64,000 nt of DNA, from positions 130,456 through 194,455 of the forward strand of contig DASCPX010000137.1 of assembly GCA_036012755.1 (NCBI GenBank). Direction: 5' to 3'. Source of the stretch: Myxococcota bacterium (lineage in GTDB: Bacteria; Myxococcota_A; UBA796; CAJQPC01). The notes under the pieces were generated by a model. That model was not told the DNA's origin. It saw only the letters and a program-made list of their open reading frames with translations, and did no database searches. The position numbers were made by a program, and so were the translations under genes. Of this stretch, positions 38,019 through 46,932 are shown piece by piece; the first letter of the stretch is position 1; each line of letters opens with the position of its first letter.

Positions 38019-39494
38019 ATGCGGCCCGGTCTGCAGGTCCTGATCGCAGCGGTGCTGGTGACGCTCCTCGCCGGTGCTGGAGCCCTTGGCGGCGATCTGC
38101 TCGGCTACTCCGGCGCAGAGGTCCACGGCCACGCCTGGGTCCAGTGGTGGCATGGCGAGGCACTGCCCGCGTGGCCCGGCGGGACGTCGCTGGCTGCCGG
38201 TGCAGAGGCCTGGCCCGTCATCGATCCGCTGACCACGGGCCTGGGAGCGGTCCTGGGGCGGTCCTTTGGCTACACGGCGGGCTGGAACCTGGTCGTCTTG
38301 CTCGGGGTCTTCGGTGCCTTCCTCGGCGGCGCGGCGCTGGCGCGGCGGGAGGGCGGGAATCCCCTCGTCGGAGGGGTCGTCGTGGCGCTGGGGCCTGCCT
38401 TCCTCGGCTCCGCCGCCTCGGGTCTGACAGAGGACCTCGCGCTCGGGTTGTTGGCCGGCGCGCTCGCCGTGGTCCTGGGTCCCGGGATGCTGTGTGCCGT
38501 GCTCGGTGGGCTGATGCTCGGCCTGTTGGCGTGGTGCGGGCCCTACCTCGCGTGGATGGGGGCCGTCGTAGCGCTCGGCCTCGGACTCGCGCAGTGGAGG
38601 CGCTGGAAGCACTGGCTGGTCGCCGGGGCCGTCGCCTTGGCCGTGGCCCTGCCCGCGGCGTGGCTGCAGGCAGATCGAGCCGGGGACGCCGCCGGGGTCA
38701 CGGTGGAACAGCACGAGCCCCAGTGGAGGATCAACCCCTGGCGCGGCGCCGATCTCGCGAGCTTCGTCACACCCGGGCGGGTCACCCCAGAGGGCCTGGT
38801 CCGGATCCATCCCGGCTACCTCGGCTTCGTGGCGCTGGGCCTGGGGCTCCTGGGGGGGCGCAGCCGGTGGTGGTTCGTGCTGCTGGGAGCCTTGTTGCTG
38901 GCGCCCGGAGACGCGCTGCGCTTCGCAGGAGAGCCGCTGGGGGTATCCAATCCCTTCGCCTGGCTGTTGGACCGAATGCCCTTTGGATCGGCCTTCCATC
39001 ACCACGGGCGCTTCCTGCTCGTCGGCTCCCTGGGGCTGGCCGTCGTGGCCTCGCGTGGGGCCCAGCGCTGGCCTCGCTGGGGCTGGGCGCTTGCCCTGGC
39101 GGTGGCGCTCGAGGTGCTGTTGTTGTCGCCGGCGCCGCTCCCGCTTCCGACCGCGGAGAGCGAGGTGGATCCGATCTGGTTCGAGGTCACGGAGGGGCCG
39201 GTGGTCCCGGTGCCGTCAGCAGGACCAGGGGTGCACTTCCAGGCGCCGCTATACGCCCAACGCGCCCACGGTCAGGTCCTGGAGATCGTCCCGAATCGAC
39301 CAGGGCTCTCCCCCGCCGTCCAGGGCACCGAACTGGGCCGCTGGCTGGGGCACCCCGTGGGCCCGCCGCCAGAGGTCACGGAGCTTCCGTGGACCCTGGT
39401 CGTGCGCGAAGACCTCGTGCCAACTGTCGAAGCCGCGCTGGGCCCCCCGGACGTCGAAGCCTCCGGTGGCGCGATCTGGCGTCAGGGCTCGTAG
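38019..39494 (+). CDS. Polytopic membrane protein, possibly GT-C glycosyltransferase-like
   Basis: Many TM helices; 'H.W..WW', 'ADL.SF..P', 'YLG', 'RF', 'Q..HG' motifs. Confidence 0.55.
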   Translation: MRPGLQVLIAAVLVTLLAGAGALGGDLLGYSGAEVHGHAWVQWWHGEALPAWPGGTSLAAGAEAWPVIDPLTTGLGAVLGRSFGYTAGWNLVVLLGVFGAFLGGAALARREGGNPLVGGVVVALGPAFLGSAASGLTEDLALGLLAGALAVVLGPGMLCAVLGGLMLGLLAWCGPYLAWMGAVVALGLGLAQWRRWKHWLVAGAVALAVALPAAWLQADRAGDAAGVTVEQHEPQWRINPWRGADLASFVTPGRVTPEGLVRIHPGYLGFVALGLGLLGGRSRWWFVLLGALLLAPGDALRFAGEPLGVSNPFAWLLDRMPFGSAFHHHGRFLLVGSLGLAVVASRGAQRWPRWGWALALAVALEVLLLSPAPLPLPTAESEVDPIWFEVTEGPVVPVPSAGPGVHFQAPLYAQRAHGQVLEIVPNRPGLSPAVQGTELGRWLGHPVGPPPEVTELPWTLVVREDLVPTVEAALGPPDVEASGGAIWRQGS

Positions 39495-39964
39495 TCGAGG
39501 CCGAGGAGCACGGCGGCGTAGTCGTCCTCGGTCGAAGACCAGCTCCCGTGCACGATGCTGGCGACGCCCTCGTCGCCGTTCTCCTTGCCGATCACGAGGT
39601 TGTGCGAGCCCTGACGCGGCTCGCTGCCGTCAGCGTCCTCGTCGTAGCCGAGCAGCAGGTTGCCCAGTCCGTTGGCGGTGTCCGTGTCGCCACTGCCGTT
39701 GACGATCAGCACGTTGGCGCCGGTGAAGATGACCTCGTTGGCCACGGTGTCCGCATGCATGTACGAGAGGAGCTCCGCCACGCCGAAGGTCTCGCCCTCC
39801 AGCTCCGCGATGTCCGTCCCCATCTCGGTCAGGTCCTGCGCCGTCTGCTCGAGGCTCTGCTCGATGAGGGTCTGACGAATCCCGACGTCCTCGATCGACT
39901 TCGCGGCCTCCTCCTGGTCCAGCTGCAGCGTGGCGGTCTTCTGCTCGAGGGTTTCCCCTGGGCT
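39482..39964 (-). pseudogene. Remnant of a coiled-coil plus 'NGLGNL..GY.E..GSHNLV.G' family protein
   Basis: Protein-like frame starts right after the in-frame TGA of the upstream gene; no start codon until 39823. Confidence 0.45.
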
Positions 39965-41494
39965 TCAGCGCCGGAGTTCGCCGCCCTTCCAGGTGCCAGC
40001 CGCCACCGCTGTGGCCTGCCCGTTCACGCTCAGGGTGCCCTCGAACCAGATCTCGGTCGTGGTAGTGCCGCCCTGGGAGAGCTGGCCGACACGAGGCAGC
40101 CAGGGGCCCTCCACCCACAGGATCTCACCTGGTTGCAGCTCCTCCTCGACGCGTGTGTGGGCGCGACGGAGGGTGGAAGGGGGCTGGATCTCGGTGACAT
40201 GGGCCCAGGCCTCGGCCCAGTCCTCGCGCCGTCCGGTCGGGGCGAGCACGACGCCGCCAACCATCTGCTCGGCGAGCTCGGCGCGCACCGCCCGGATCTC
40301 GGCCGCGGTCCCCTCGATCGCGTGGGCCCGCGTCTCGACGGACCACCACGACGCCTGGGGCGCCTGCGGCCGCGGGGGGATCGCTGCTACCTCCAGGTCC
40401 GCGGGCGCGACGAGGACATCGGTCCCGGTGAGGCCCGCGACGTAGGGGCCAGCAGTCTCTCGGCCACCCTCGGCGGCCCAGAGGACGTGGCTGGGGTTCC
40501 ACGCCAGGGACCGGGCGAGCGCGGCGTCCTGGCGAACCAGGGTGGATCTCGCCGCCGCCAGCTGCTCCGGGCGTGCCCCGATCGTGCCGTCGCAGCGAGG
40601 CAGGGCGACCAGGGCCAGCCCGAGCTCGTCGAGGTGGGCCGCCTCATGCGAGCCGAAGAAGGCGCCGTGCCACTCGACGGTGTTGAGGTCAGCGGAGAGC
40701 ACGTCGCGATTCGCGGTCGCGGGACCTGTGCCTGTCGTGGCCCGGATCCCGACCAGCGGAGTCCTGGTCTCTCCCACCTTGAAGCCCCCGTCGACGAGCT
40801 CCACCGTTCGGAAGCCCGTCCGCTCGCCGAGCGCGTCGATCACGGTCCCGGAGTCGTCCTCGACGACCGCCCAGAGGTGCAACAGCCCGGGGGTACCAGG
40901 GTCCGAGGGGGTCCAGGTCGGTCCCTTCCAGCGCGCGGAGATCTCTGCTGTGCCCTCGGTCAGGGGAGCGGATCCGAGCACCTGGATGATCTTTCCGTCC
41001 CGCGCCGCGACGAGGCGAACCCGAGCGCCAGCGGCCTGGACCCGTGCCTTCACCACCCCATCGTCCAGGGTGGCTGAGAGAGCCGTGATGCCCTCGCTGG
41101 GAGCCAGGTCGAGCCAGGGATTGCGCGCCACCCGAGCCTCGAGCGAGCGACTCCCGCGCTCGACCGGGGTCGGCTCTGTGGCCGTCGGCCCGGTCACGGC
41201 GACGGTGAGGGTGTTGGGTCCGGCCACCGGCTCGACGGCGAGGCGGGTCCAGCCCGGACCGCCCTCGACGGTCGGGTGGCTGACGCCGTTGAGTGTGACG
41301 TCCGCGGACCAGTTGAGCTCCTCGAGCACGAGGAAGGAGCCGCCGTAGTCGCCCTCTGGCAGCGAGAACGCCACCTCGAAGGTCTTGCCCTTGCCCCGGG
41401 ATGTCCAGGGGTCTCCCTCGTCGAAGTACAGCCGCGCCCGACTGTGCGGCGGCACCGTGGGGGTGTCCGAGCACGCTAGCAGGAGGAGGAGCAA
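39965..41494 (-). CDS. Lipoprotein with degenerate glycoside hydrolase family 2-like architecture
   Basis: TTG start LLLLLAC; 'V.LNG...G.NTL.V.V', 'W.P..PG...L', 'TGFRTVEL.DG.F', 'NPS...W'. Confidence 0.6.
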   Translation of the reverse strand: MLLLLLACSDTPTVPPHSRARLYFDEGDPWTSRGKGKTFEVAFSLPEGDYGGSFLVLEELNWSADVTLNGVSHPTVEGGPGWTRLAVEPVAGPNTLTVAVTGPTATEPTPVERGSRSLEARVARNPWLDLAPSEGITALSATLDDGVVKARVQAAGARVRLVAARDGKIIQVLGSAPLTEGTAEISARWKGPTWTPSDPGTPGLLHLWAVVEDDSGTVIDALGERTGFRTVELVDGGFKVGETRTPLVGIRATTGTGPATANRDVLSADLNTVEWHGAFFGSHEAAHLDELGLALVALPRCDGTIGARPEQLAAARSTLVRQDAALARSLAWNPSHVLWAAEGGRETAGPYVAGLTGTDVLVAPADLEVAAIPPRPQAPQASWWSVETRAHAIEGTAAEIRAVRAELAEQMVGGVVLAPTGRREDWAEAWAHVTEIQPPSTLRRAHTRVEEELQPGEILWVEGPWLPRVGQLSQGGTTTTEIWFEGTLSVNGQATAVAAGTWKGGELRR

Positions 41495-41507
41495 GCGCCG
41501 ATTGTAG

Positions 41508-42425
41508 TCAGCCGCGACCGGCCACGAAGAGCAGGCCTCCGATGGCTGCGCGGGCCAGCTCACCGAGCCAGCGGGTCAACCCGATGGCGACAGCGGTGGC
41601 TTCGAGGGCGCCGTAGGGGCCAAGGACGCGGACGAAGACCCCCTCGCGCACGCCGACGCCGCTGATCGTGATGGGCAGGGAGATCAGCGTGTCGGCGGCA
41701 GGGATCAGGGCGAGCGCATCCGCGAGGGCCATGTCCACCCCGTGGGCCTCGATGACGATCCATGCACAGCCGGCGTTGACGAAGGCGAAGGGGATGGCCA
41801 GGGCCGCGGTGAGGGCGAGCGTGCGGCGCTTTGTCCTGAGCGTGCGCACCGCGTCGACGGGACCCTCGAGCCAGCGGAAGGGTGCCCGAATCGGACGGGC
41901 GGCGAGGAACCAGGCAGCGGCTGGGATCAGCAAGAACGCGGTGGCGAAGACGGCGGCAGCCAAGGCCAGGGCAGGATCGTAGTCGAGCAAGCCCCAGCCG
42001 AGGCCGTAGAGCAGGAGCCCCGCCCAGGGGAGGAGATCCTGCAGCCGCGAGGCCGTCAGGGCGACGGCGGCCTTGTCGAGCCCCGCCTCCTCGCCGAGGA
42101 AGCCGGCCTTGGCCACATCGCTGCCGCCGCTGGGCAGGACCAGGCCCAGGAAGCTCGCCTTCAGCAGCGCCGCCAGGGCCTTGCGCAACGGGATCCTGGC
42201 GTCGAGGGCCTCCAACAGCAGCTTCAGGCGAAGGGCATGGAGCGTCGAGTTGGCCAGCATCAGCACCGGCGGCACCGCGAAGACCCAGGCGGGGGCTCTC
42301 CGAAACGCCCCGAGGGCATCCGCCGGATCGACCCGCGTCGCCACCCACGCGATGGCCCCCGCGGAGACCGCGACGCGCACAGCCAGCAGCAAGCGACGCC
42401 GCGTGAGCTCGTCCTTGTCCCACAT
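41508..42425 (-). CDS. Lysylphosphatidylglycerol synthase TM/flippase-like (YbhN/AglD-like) membrane protein
   Basis: 'LP..G.D..K', 'LPITISGVGVREG'. Confidence 0.85.
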   Translation of the reverse strand: MWDKDELTRRRLLLAVRVAVSAGAIAWVATRVDPADALGAFRRAPAWVFAVPPVLMLANSTLHALRLKLLLEALDARIPLRKALAALLKASFLGLVLPSGGSDVAKAGFLGEEAGLDKAAVALTASRLQDLLPWAGLLLYGLGWGLLDYDPALALAAAVFATAFLLIPAAAWFLAARPIRAPFRWLEGPVDAVRTLRTKRRTLALTAALAIPFAFVNAGCAWIVIEAHGVDMALADALALIPAADTLISLPITISGVGVREGVFVRVLGPYGALEATAVAIGLTRWLGELARAAIGGLLFVAGRG

Positions 42426-42492
42426 GTCGCGAATGTAGCCCTTGCGCGACTTCGGGGTCCGAAGCCGGGGCCTGCGTTAGCGTTCACGGCGA

Positions 42493-45288
42493 ATGGCACG
42501 CTCCCTGCTCCGTCTCCGCGTCAACGGCGAGACCGTCGAGGTCGCAGCTGCGGAACACTGGACCTTGCTGGAGGTGTTGCGCTACGAGTTGGGCCTCACG
42601 GGCTCCAAGCAGGGCTGTGACAAGGGCGACTGCGGGGCCTGCACCGTGCTGGTCGACGGGGTGCCGACGCTGGCTTGCTGCACCCTCGCGGCCGCGGTCG
42701 TCGATCGCGAGATCACCACCATCGAGGGCCTTGCATCAGCCGATGGGCCGGATCCCGTCCAGCGGGCCTTCGATGTCAGCGGCGCCCTCCAGTGCGGCTT
42801 CTGCCAGCCGGGGGTGATCCTCTCTGCGAAGGCCCTGCTGGAGCGCAGCCCCGCCCCCAGCGACGCCGAGATGCGAGAGGCGCTCTCCGGCAACCTGTGT
42901 CGCTGCACCGGCTACACCAAGATCTTCGAGGCCGTCCGCCTCGCCGCGCGGGGCTGCGATCGCGAGGTCCCGATGGTCTACGGCCGACCTGCAGAGGGCT
43001 TCAACGTTCTCGGGGCGCGAGGCCGAAAGGCCGACTCGATCGCCAAGGCCACCGGCGAGGCCCTCTACGCCGACGACATCGCGCTGCCACGCATGGCCCA
43101 CGGCAAGATCCTCCGCTCCCCCCACGCTCACGCGCGCATCCGCGGGATCGACACCTCCGCGGCAGAGGCGCTGCCGGGCGTCTTCGCGGTCATGACCGGC
43201 CCCGAGCTGCCGACGACCTACTCGGTCATCCCCTGGACGCCGGACGAGACCGCCCTCTGCACCGACAAGGTCCGCTTCGTCGGGGATGGCGTGGCCGCTG
43301 TCGCCGCCGTGGACGAGGACACAGCCAACGCTGCGCTGGAGCTCATCGAGGTCGACTACGAGATCCTCGACGCCGTCGTGGAGCCTGCCGCCGCCCTCGC
43401 CGAGGGTGCCCCGCTGGTCCACGAGACGGACTGGAAGGGTCGCCCGCGGACCTCGAACGTCTGCAAGCGCGTGAAGCTCGAGTTCGGCGAGGTCGACGCC
43501 GGGCTCGCCGAGGCTGCGGAGACTGTCAGCGAGACCTGGTTCTACGAGGGCAGCACCCACGCCGCGATCGAGCCCCACTGCGCGCTGGCCCGCTGGAGCC
43601 CGGATGGCCGGCTCACCTTGTGGTCGGCGACCCAGGTCCCTCACTACCTCCACCGGGAGCTGGCCCGGGTCCTCGGGGTCCCGCAGTCGAAGGTCCGCGT
43701 GATCCAGCCGGCCCTAGGCGGCGCCTTCGGCGGCAAGTCCGAGCCCTTCGACCTGGAGTTCTGCGCCTCCTGGCTGTCGAAGAAGGCGGGCCGCCCGGTG
43801 AAGATCCTCTACACCCGCGAAGAGGTCTTCTACAGCCACCGCGGCCGTCATCCAATGGAGATGAGGATGACCGTCGGATGTGACGCGGAGGGCCGAATCA
43901 CCGCGGTGGACAGCGACATCCTCATCGACGGCGGCGCCTACCACTCCTTCGGCATGATCACGACCTACTACTCGGGGCAGTTGCTGACAGGTCCGGTGGC
44001 CTTCGGCAGCTACCGCTTCGACTCGCGCCGGGTCTACACGAACAAGCCCTGCTGTGGTCCCAAGCGTGGTCACGGCTCCGTGCAGCCGCGCTTCGCCTTC
44101 GAGTGCGCCCTGGACGAGGTCGCCGAGAAGCTCGGCTCGGACCCGATGCGGATCCGCCGGGTCAACGCGATGGGTGACGGCGAGCTCACCATCAACGGGC
44201 AGCTCCTCCCGAGCACGGGGCTCCTGCAGTGTCTCGAGAGCGTCGAGCGCGACAGCGACTGGGCCGAGCGCTGGGGCAAGCTGCCCTTCGGTCGGGGGCT
44301 CGGCGTCGCCTGCTCGATGTACATCTCGGGGACGGCCTACCCGGTCTACCCCAACGAGATGCCCCAGTCCGCGGTCCAGCTCCAGGCCGATCGCAGCGGC
44401 AGGATCACGGTCTTCTGCGGAGCCTCCGACATCGGCCAGGGCTCTGACGGGATGCTGGCCTGGATCGTGGCGGAGGAGACCGGCGTACCTCCAGAGGACA
44501 TCGTCGTGGTGTCCGCCGACACGGACCTCTGTCCGGTGGATCTGGGCTCCTACTCCTCTCGGGTCACCTTCATGTGCGGCATCGCCGCCCGGGAAGCCGC
44601 GCGGAAGCTCCGGAGTCGCATCGTCGAGGCCGTAGCGGCCCACTGGGGTGTCGAGACCGTCGGCGTGGCGCTGGGGTTCGTCTTCGACCACCAAGGCCGC
44701 CAGCTGGCCATCCAGGAGGCCCTTCAGCTGGCAGAGGTCCGCTTCGGAACACTCGGCGCAACTGGTGATTATCGCACGAGAAAAGCCGGCGGAGACTACC
44801 GCGGCGGCTCCATCGGCGCGTCCCCGGCCTACTCCACCACCGCCCACGTCGCAGAGGTGACGGTCGACCCCGAAACCGGCATCGTACGGGTCGACAACGT
44901 CTGGGCGGCTCACGACTGCGGGCGCGCCCTGAACCCGCAGCTGGTGGAAGGTCAGATCGAGGGCTCGGTCTACATGGGCTACGCAGAGGCACTCATGGAG
45001 GGTCACACCTTCCACGAGACGGGGTTGCACGTCCGGCCGAACCTGCTGGACTACCGGATCCCGACCAGCGCCGAGTGTCCGGACTTCTTCGCCCAGATCA
45101 TCGAGACCATCGACCCCGGCGGCCCCTACGGCGCCAAGGAGGCGGGTGAGGGTCCGCTCCATCCCATCATCCCGGCCATCGGCAACGCCATCTGGGACGC
45201 GGTGGGCGTTCGGCTGCGTCGCATCCCGTTCTCGCCGGAGAGCGTGCTCGAGGCCCTCGCGGCTCGCGCCGGAGAACCGCCGTGCTGA
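42493..45288 (+). CDS. Xanthine oxidase family molybdoenzyme, [2Fe-2S] subunit fused to Mo subunit (4-hydroxybenzoyl-CoA reductase HcrC-HcrA-like)
   Basis: 'GCDKGDCGACTV', 'QCGFC', 'CRCTGY'; then 'GGAFGGK', 'PKRGHG', 'GQG', 'GAKEAGEG'. Confidence 0.9.
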   Translation: MARSLLRLRVNGETVEVAAAEHWTLLEVLRYELGLTGSKQGCDKGDCGACTVLVDGVPTLACCTLAAAVVDREITTIEGLASADGPDPVQRAFDVSGALQCGFCQPGVILSAKALLERSPAPSDAEMREALSGNLCRCTGYTKIFEAVRLAARGCDREVPMVYGRPAEGFNVLGARGRKADSIAKATGEALYADDIALPRMAHGKILRSPHAHARIRGIDTSAAEALPGVFAVMTGPELPTTYSVIPWTPDETALCTDKVRFVGDGVAAVAAVDEDTANAALELIEVDYEILDAVVEPAAALAEGAPLVHETDWKGRPRTSNVCKRVKLEFGEVDAGLAEAAETVSETWFYEGSTHAAIEPHCALARWSPDGRLTLWSATQVPHYLHRELARVLGVPQSKVRVIQPALGGAFGGKSEPFDLEFCASWLSKKAGRPVKILYTREEVFYSHRGRHPMEMRMTVGCDAEGRITAVDSDILIDGGAYHSFGMITTYYSGQLLTGPVAFGSYRFDSRRVYTNKPCCGPKRGHGSVQPRFAFECALDEVAEKLGSDPMRIRRVNAMGDGELTINGQLLPSTGLLQCLESVERDSDWAERWGKLPFGRGLGVACSMYISGTAYPVYPNEMPQSAVQLQADRSGRITVFCGASDIGQGSDGMLAWIVAEETGVPPEDIVVVSADTDLCPVDLGSYSSRVTFMCGIAAREAARKLRSRIVEAVAAHWGVETVGVALGFVFDHQGRQLAIQEALQLAEVRFGTLGATGDYRTRKAGGDYRGGSIGASPAYSTTAHVAEVTVDPETGIVRVDNVWAAHDCGRALNPQLVEGQIEGSVYMGYAEALMEGHTFHETGLHVRPNLLDYRIPTSAECPDFFAQIIETIDPGGPYGAKEAGEGPLHPIIPAIGNAIWDAVGVRLRRIPFSPESVLEALAARAGEPPC

Positions 45289-46292
45289 GGATGCCAGCCT
45301 TCCGGTACCACCACCCCCGGTCTCCGGCCGAGGCCGTGGCCATGTGGCACGACCTCGGTGACGCGATGTACATCGCCGGGGGGACGGACCTCCTCCCGAA
45401 CCTCAAGCACGAGCTGCTGTCGCCCGGGCACCTCGTCGGGCTGTCGGGCTTGCCGCCCTCTGGGCTCACCGAGACCGACACCCACCTCGTCCTCGGTGGC
45501 CAGATGAAGCTCTCACGGATCGCGGATCACCCCCGCATCCGCGAGCTGGTGTCGCCCCTGGCGGTGGCCTGCTCGGTGGTGGGCAGCCCCCAGATCCGGA
45601 ACATGGGCACGATCGGCGGCAACATCCTGCTCGACACGCGCTGCCTCTACTACAACCAGTCGGCCTTCTGGAGAGGCGCTCTCGGTCACTGCCTCAAGGC
45701 CGAGGGGACGTGGTGTCACGTCATCGGGGGGCCCAAGACCTGCGTCGCTGCCCAGTCGAGTGACACGGTCCCGGTGTTGTTGGCCCTCGGCGCCTCGATC
45801 GTGCTGGTCGGGCCTGACGGTGAGCGCGAGGTCGCCCTGCGCGAGCTCTACCGCTTCGATGGCAGGGACCACCTGAAGCTGGAGCGGGGCGAGCTCCTCA
45901 CGGAGGTGCGCGTTCCCAAGCCCGGATCAGGCTTTCGCGGCGCGTATCGCAAGCTGCGCCTGCGCGACTCCATCGACTTCCCCCAGCTGGGCGTGGCGGT
46001 CGCGACGCGCTGGGATGGCGCGGCCCTCGAGGCGATCGACATCGTCGTCGGCGCGGCCGCTCCGATCCCCAAGCCGATCAAGAAGCTGGACGCCTTCCTC
46101 GGCCGTCCGCTGTCGGATGGCGACATCTCCGAGATCGCCGAGCTGGTGCGAAAGCAGACCCGCCCGAACGCGGCGGTCACCGGTGACATCGGCTGGCGGC
46201 GGCGGATGGCGGCGGTGTTCGCGACCCGCGCGCTGACCGAGCTCCGCCCCCAAACGACGAAGCCCCGGCCAGGTGGCCGAGGCTCGTTGTAG
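45282..46292 (+). CDS. FAD subunit with [4Fe-4S] insertion (HcrB-like)
   Basis: 'AGGTDL.PNLK', 'IRNMGTIGGN', Cys insertion 'RCLYYNQS.FWR....C.K..G..CHV.....C'. Confidence 0.9.
   Translation: MLRMPAFRYHHPRSPAEAVAMWHDLGDAMYIAGGTDLLPNLKHELLSPGHLVGLSGLPPSGLTETDTHLVLGGQMKLSRIADHPRIRELVSPLAVACSVVGSPQIRNMGTIGGNILLDTRCLYYNQSAFWRGALGHCLKAEGTWCHVIGGPKTCVAAQSSDTVPVLLALGASIVLVGPDGEREVALRELYRFDGRDHLKLERGELLTEVRVPKPGSGFRGAYRKLRLRDSIDFPQLGVAVATRWDGAALEAIDIVVGAAAPIPKPIKKLDAFLGRPLSDGDISEIAELVRKQTRPNAAVTGDIGWRRRMAAVFATRALTELRPQTTKPRPGGRGSL
46261..46284 (-). terminator. Putative intrinsic terminator of the minus-strand lipoprotein gene
   Basis: Minus-strand RNA AGCCUCGGCC-ACCU-GGCCGGGGCU (10-bp stem, one G-U pair) followed by a weak U tract, where two genes converge. 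Confidence 0.4.
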
Positions 46293-46307
46293 TGGGCTCG
46301 GATCGAG

Positions 46308-46733
46308 CTACTTCTTCTTCGCGCCGCTGCCGGCGGTGTTCGAGCCGGAGCTGCCGGAGCTCGTCTTCTTCGAGCTGCTCGAAGTGGTCTTCTTCGTCGT
46401 GCCCGACGAGGTCGTGCCGCCCTTGACGGCCGAGCCCTGGCCGGTGGCGGGACCCTTGACGGCGCCACCGGTGGTGCCGATGTCGTGCGCGTCGAGGTTG
46501 TCTCCGAGGGCTTCGCGACGCTCCTCCATGGTCTTGACCTCGACTTCTTCTTCGACGACTTCTTCTTCGACGACTTCTTCTTCCGGGTCGTCGGCCTTGA
46601 TCTCCTTTTCGGGCTTCTCCACCGGCACTGGAATGAGGATGACCTCTGGCTCTTCGACGGACTCTTCTCCGCCACAGGCGAGAGCAAAACCGGCGATCAA
46701 CGCGATGACTGAGGGGATGGCGAGACGCTTCAT
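46308..46733 (-). CDS. Low-complexity lipoprotein
   Basis: AAGGA SD; 'FALAC' lipobox; EEEVV repeats and an S/T/K/G tail. Confidence 0.7.
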   Translation of the reverse strand: MKRLAIPSVIALIAGFALACGGEESVEEPEVILIPVPVEKPEKEIKADDPEEEVVEEEVVEEEVEVKTMEERREALGDNLDAHDIGTTGGAVKGPATGQGSAVKGGTTSSGTTKKTTSSSSKKTSSGSSGSNTAGSGAKKK

Positions 46734-46932
46734 GAAGTGACGTTCCTTTGAGAGACAGGACGGGTTGTAGCGCACCTTGCCACTACCGAGCAACCCTCCA
46801 TAGGCGTTACACCCTGCTGGAAGAAGACGTCGATCCGCACGGCGCGTGCTTGCGCGTGCCCTCAGAGGCCGCTAACAGCGCCCGGCTCCGGCCCGGCATG
46901 AGAGCGGGCTGAATCCCTCGACCACGGAGGAC

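Noticed and set aside
46545..46583. Short 15-bp repeat (EEEVV) in the lipoprotein gene
   Set aside because: Ordinary low-complexity coding repeat of 2-3 units.
46794..46932. Possible tRNA or riboswitch upstream of fusA and in other gaps (16552-16640, 29691-29842, 61340-61443)
   Set aside because: No cloverleaf, T-loop or recognisable riboswitch consensus could be read by eye; a covariance-model search would be needed.
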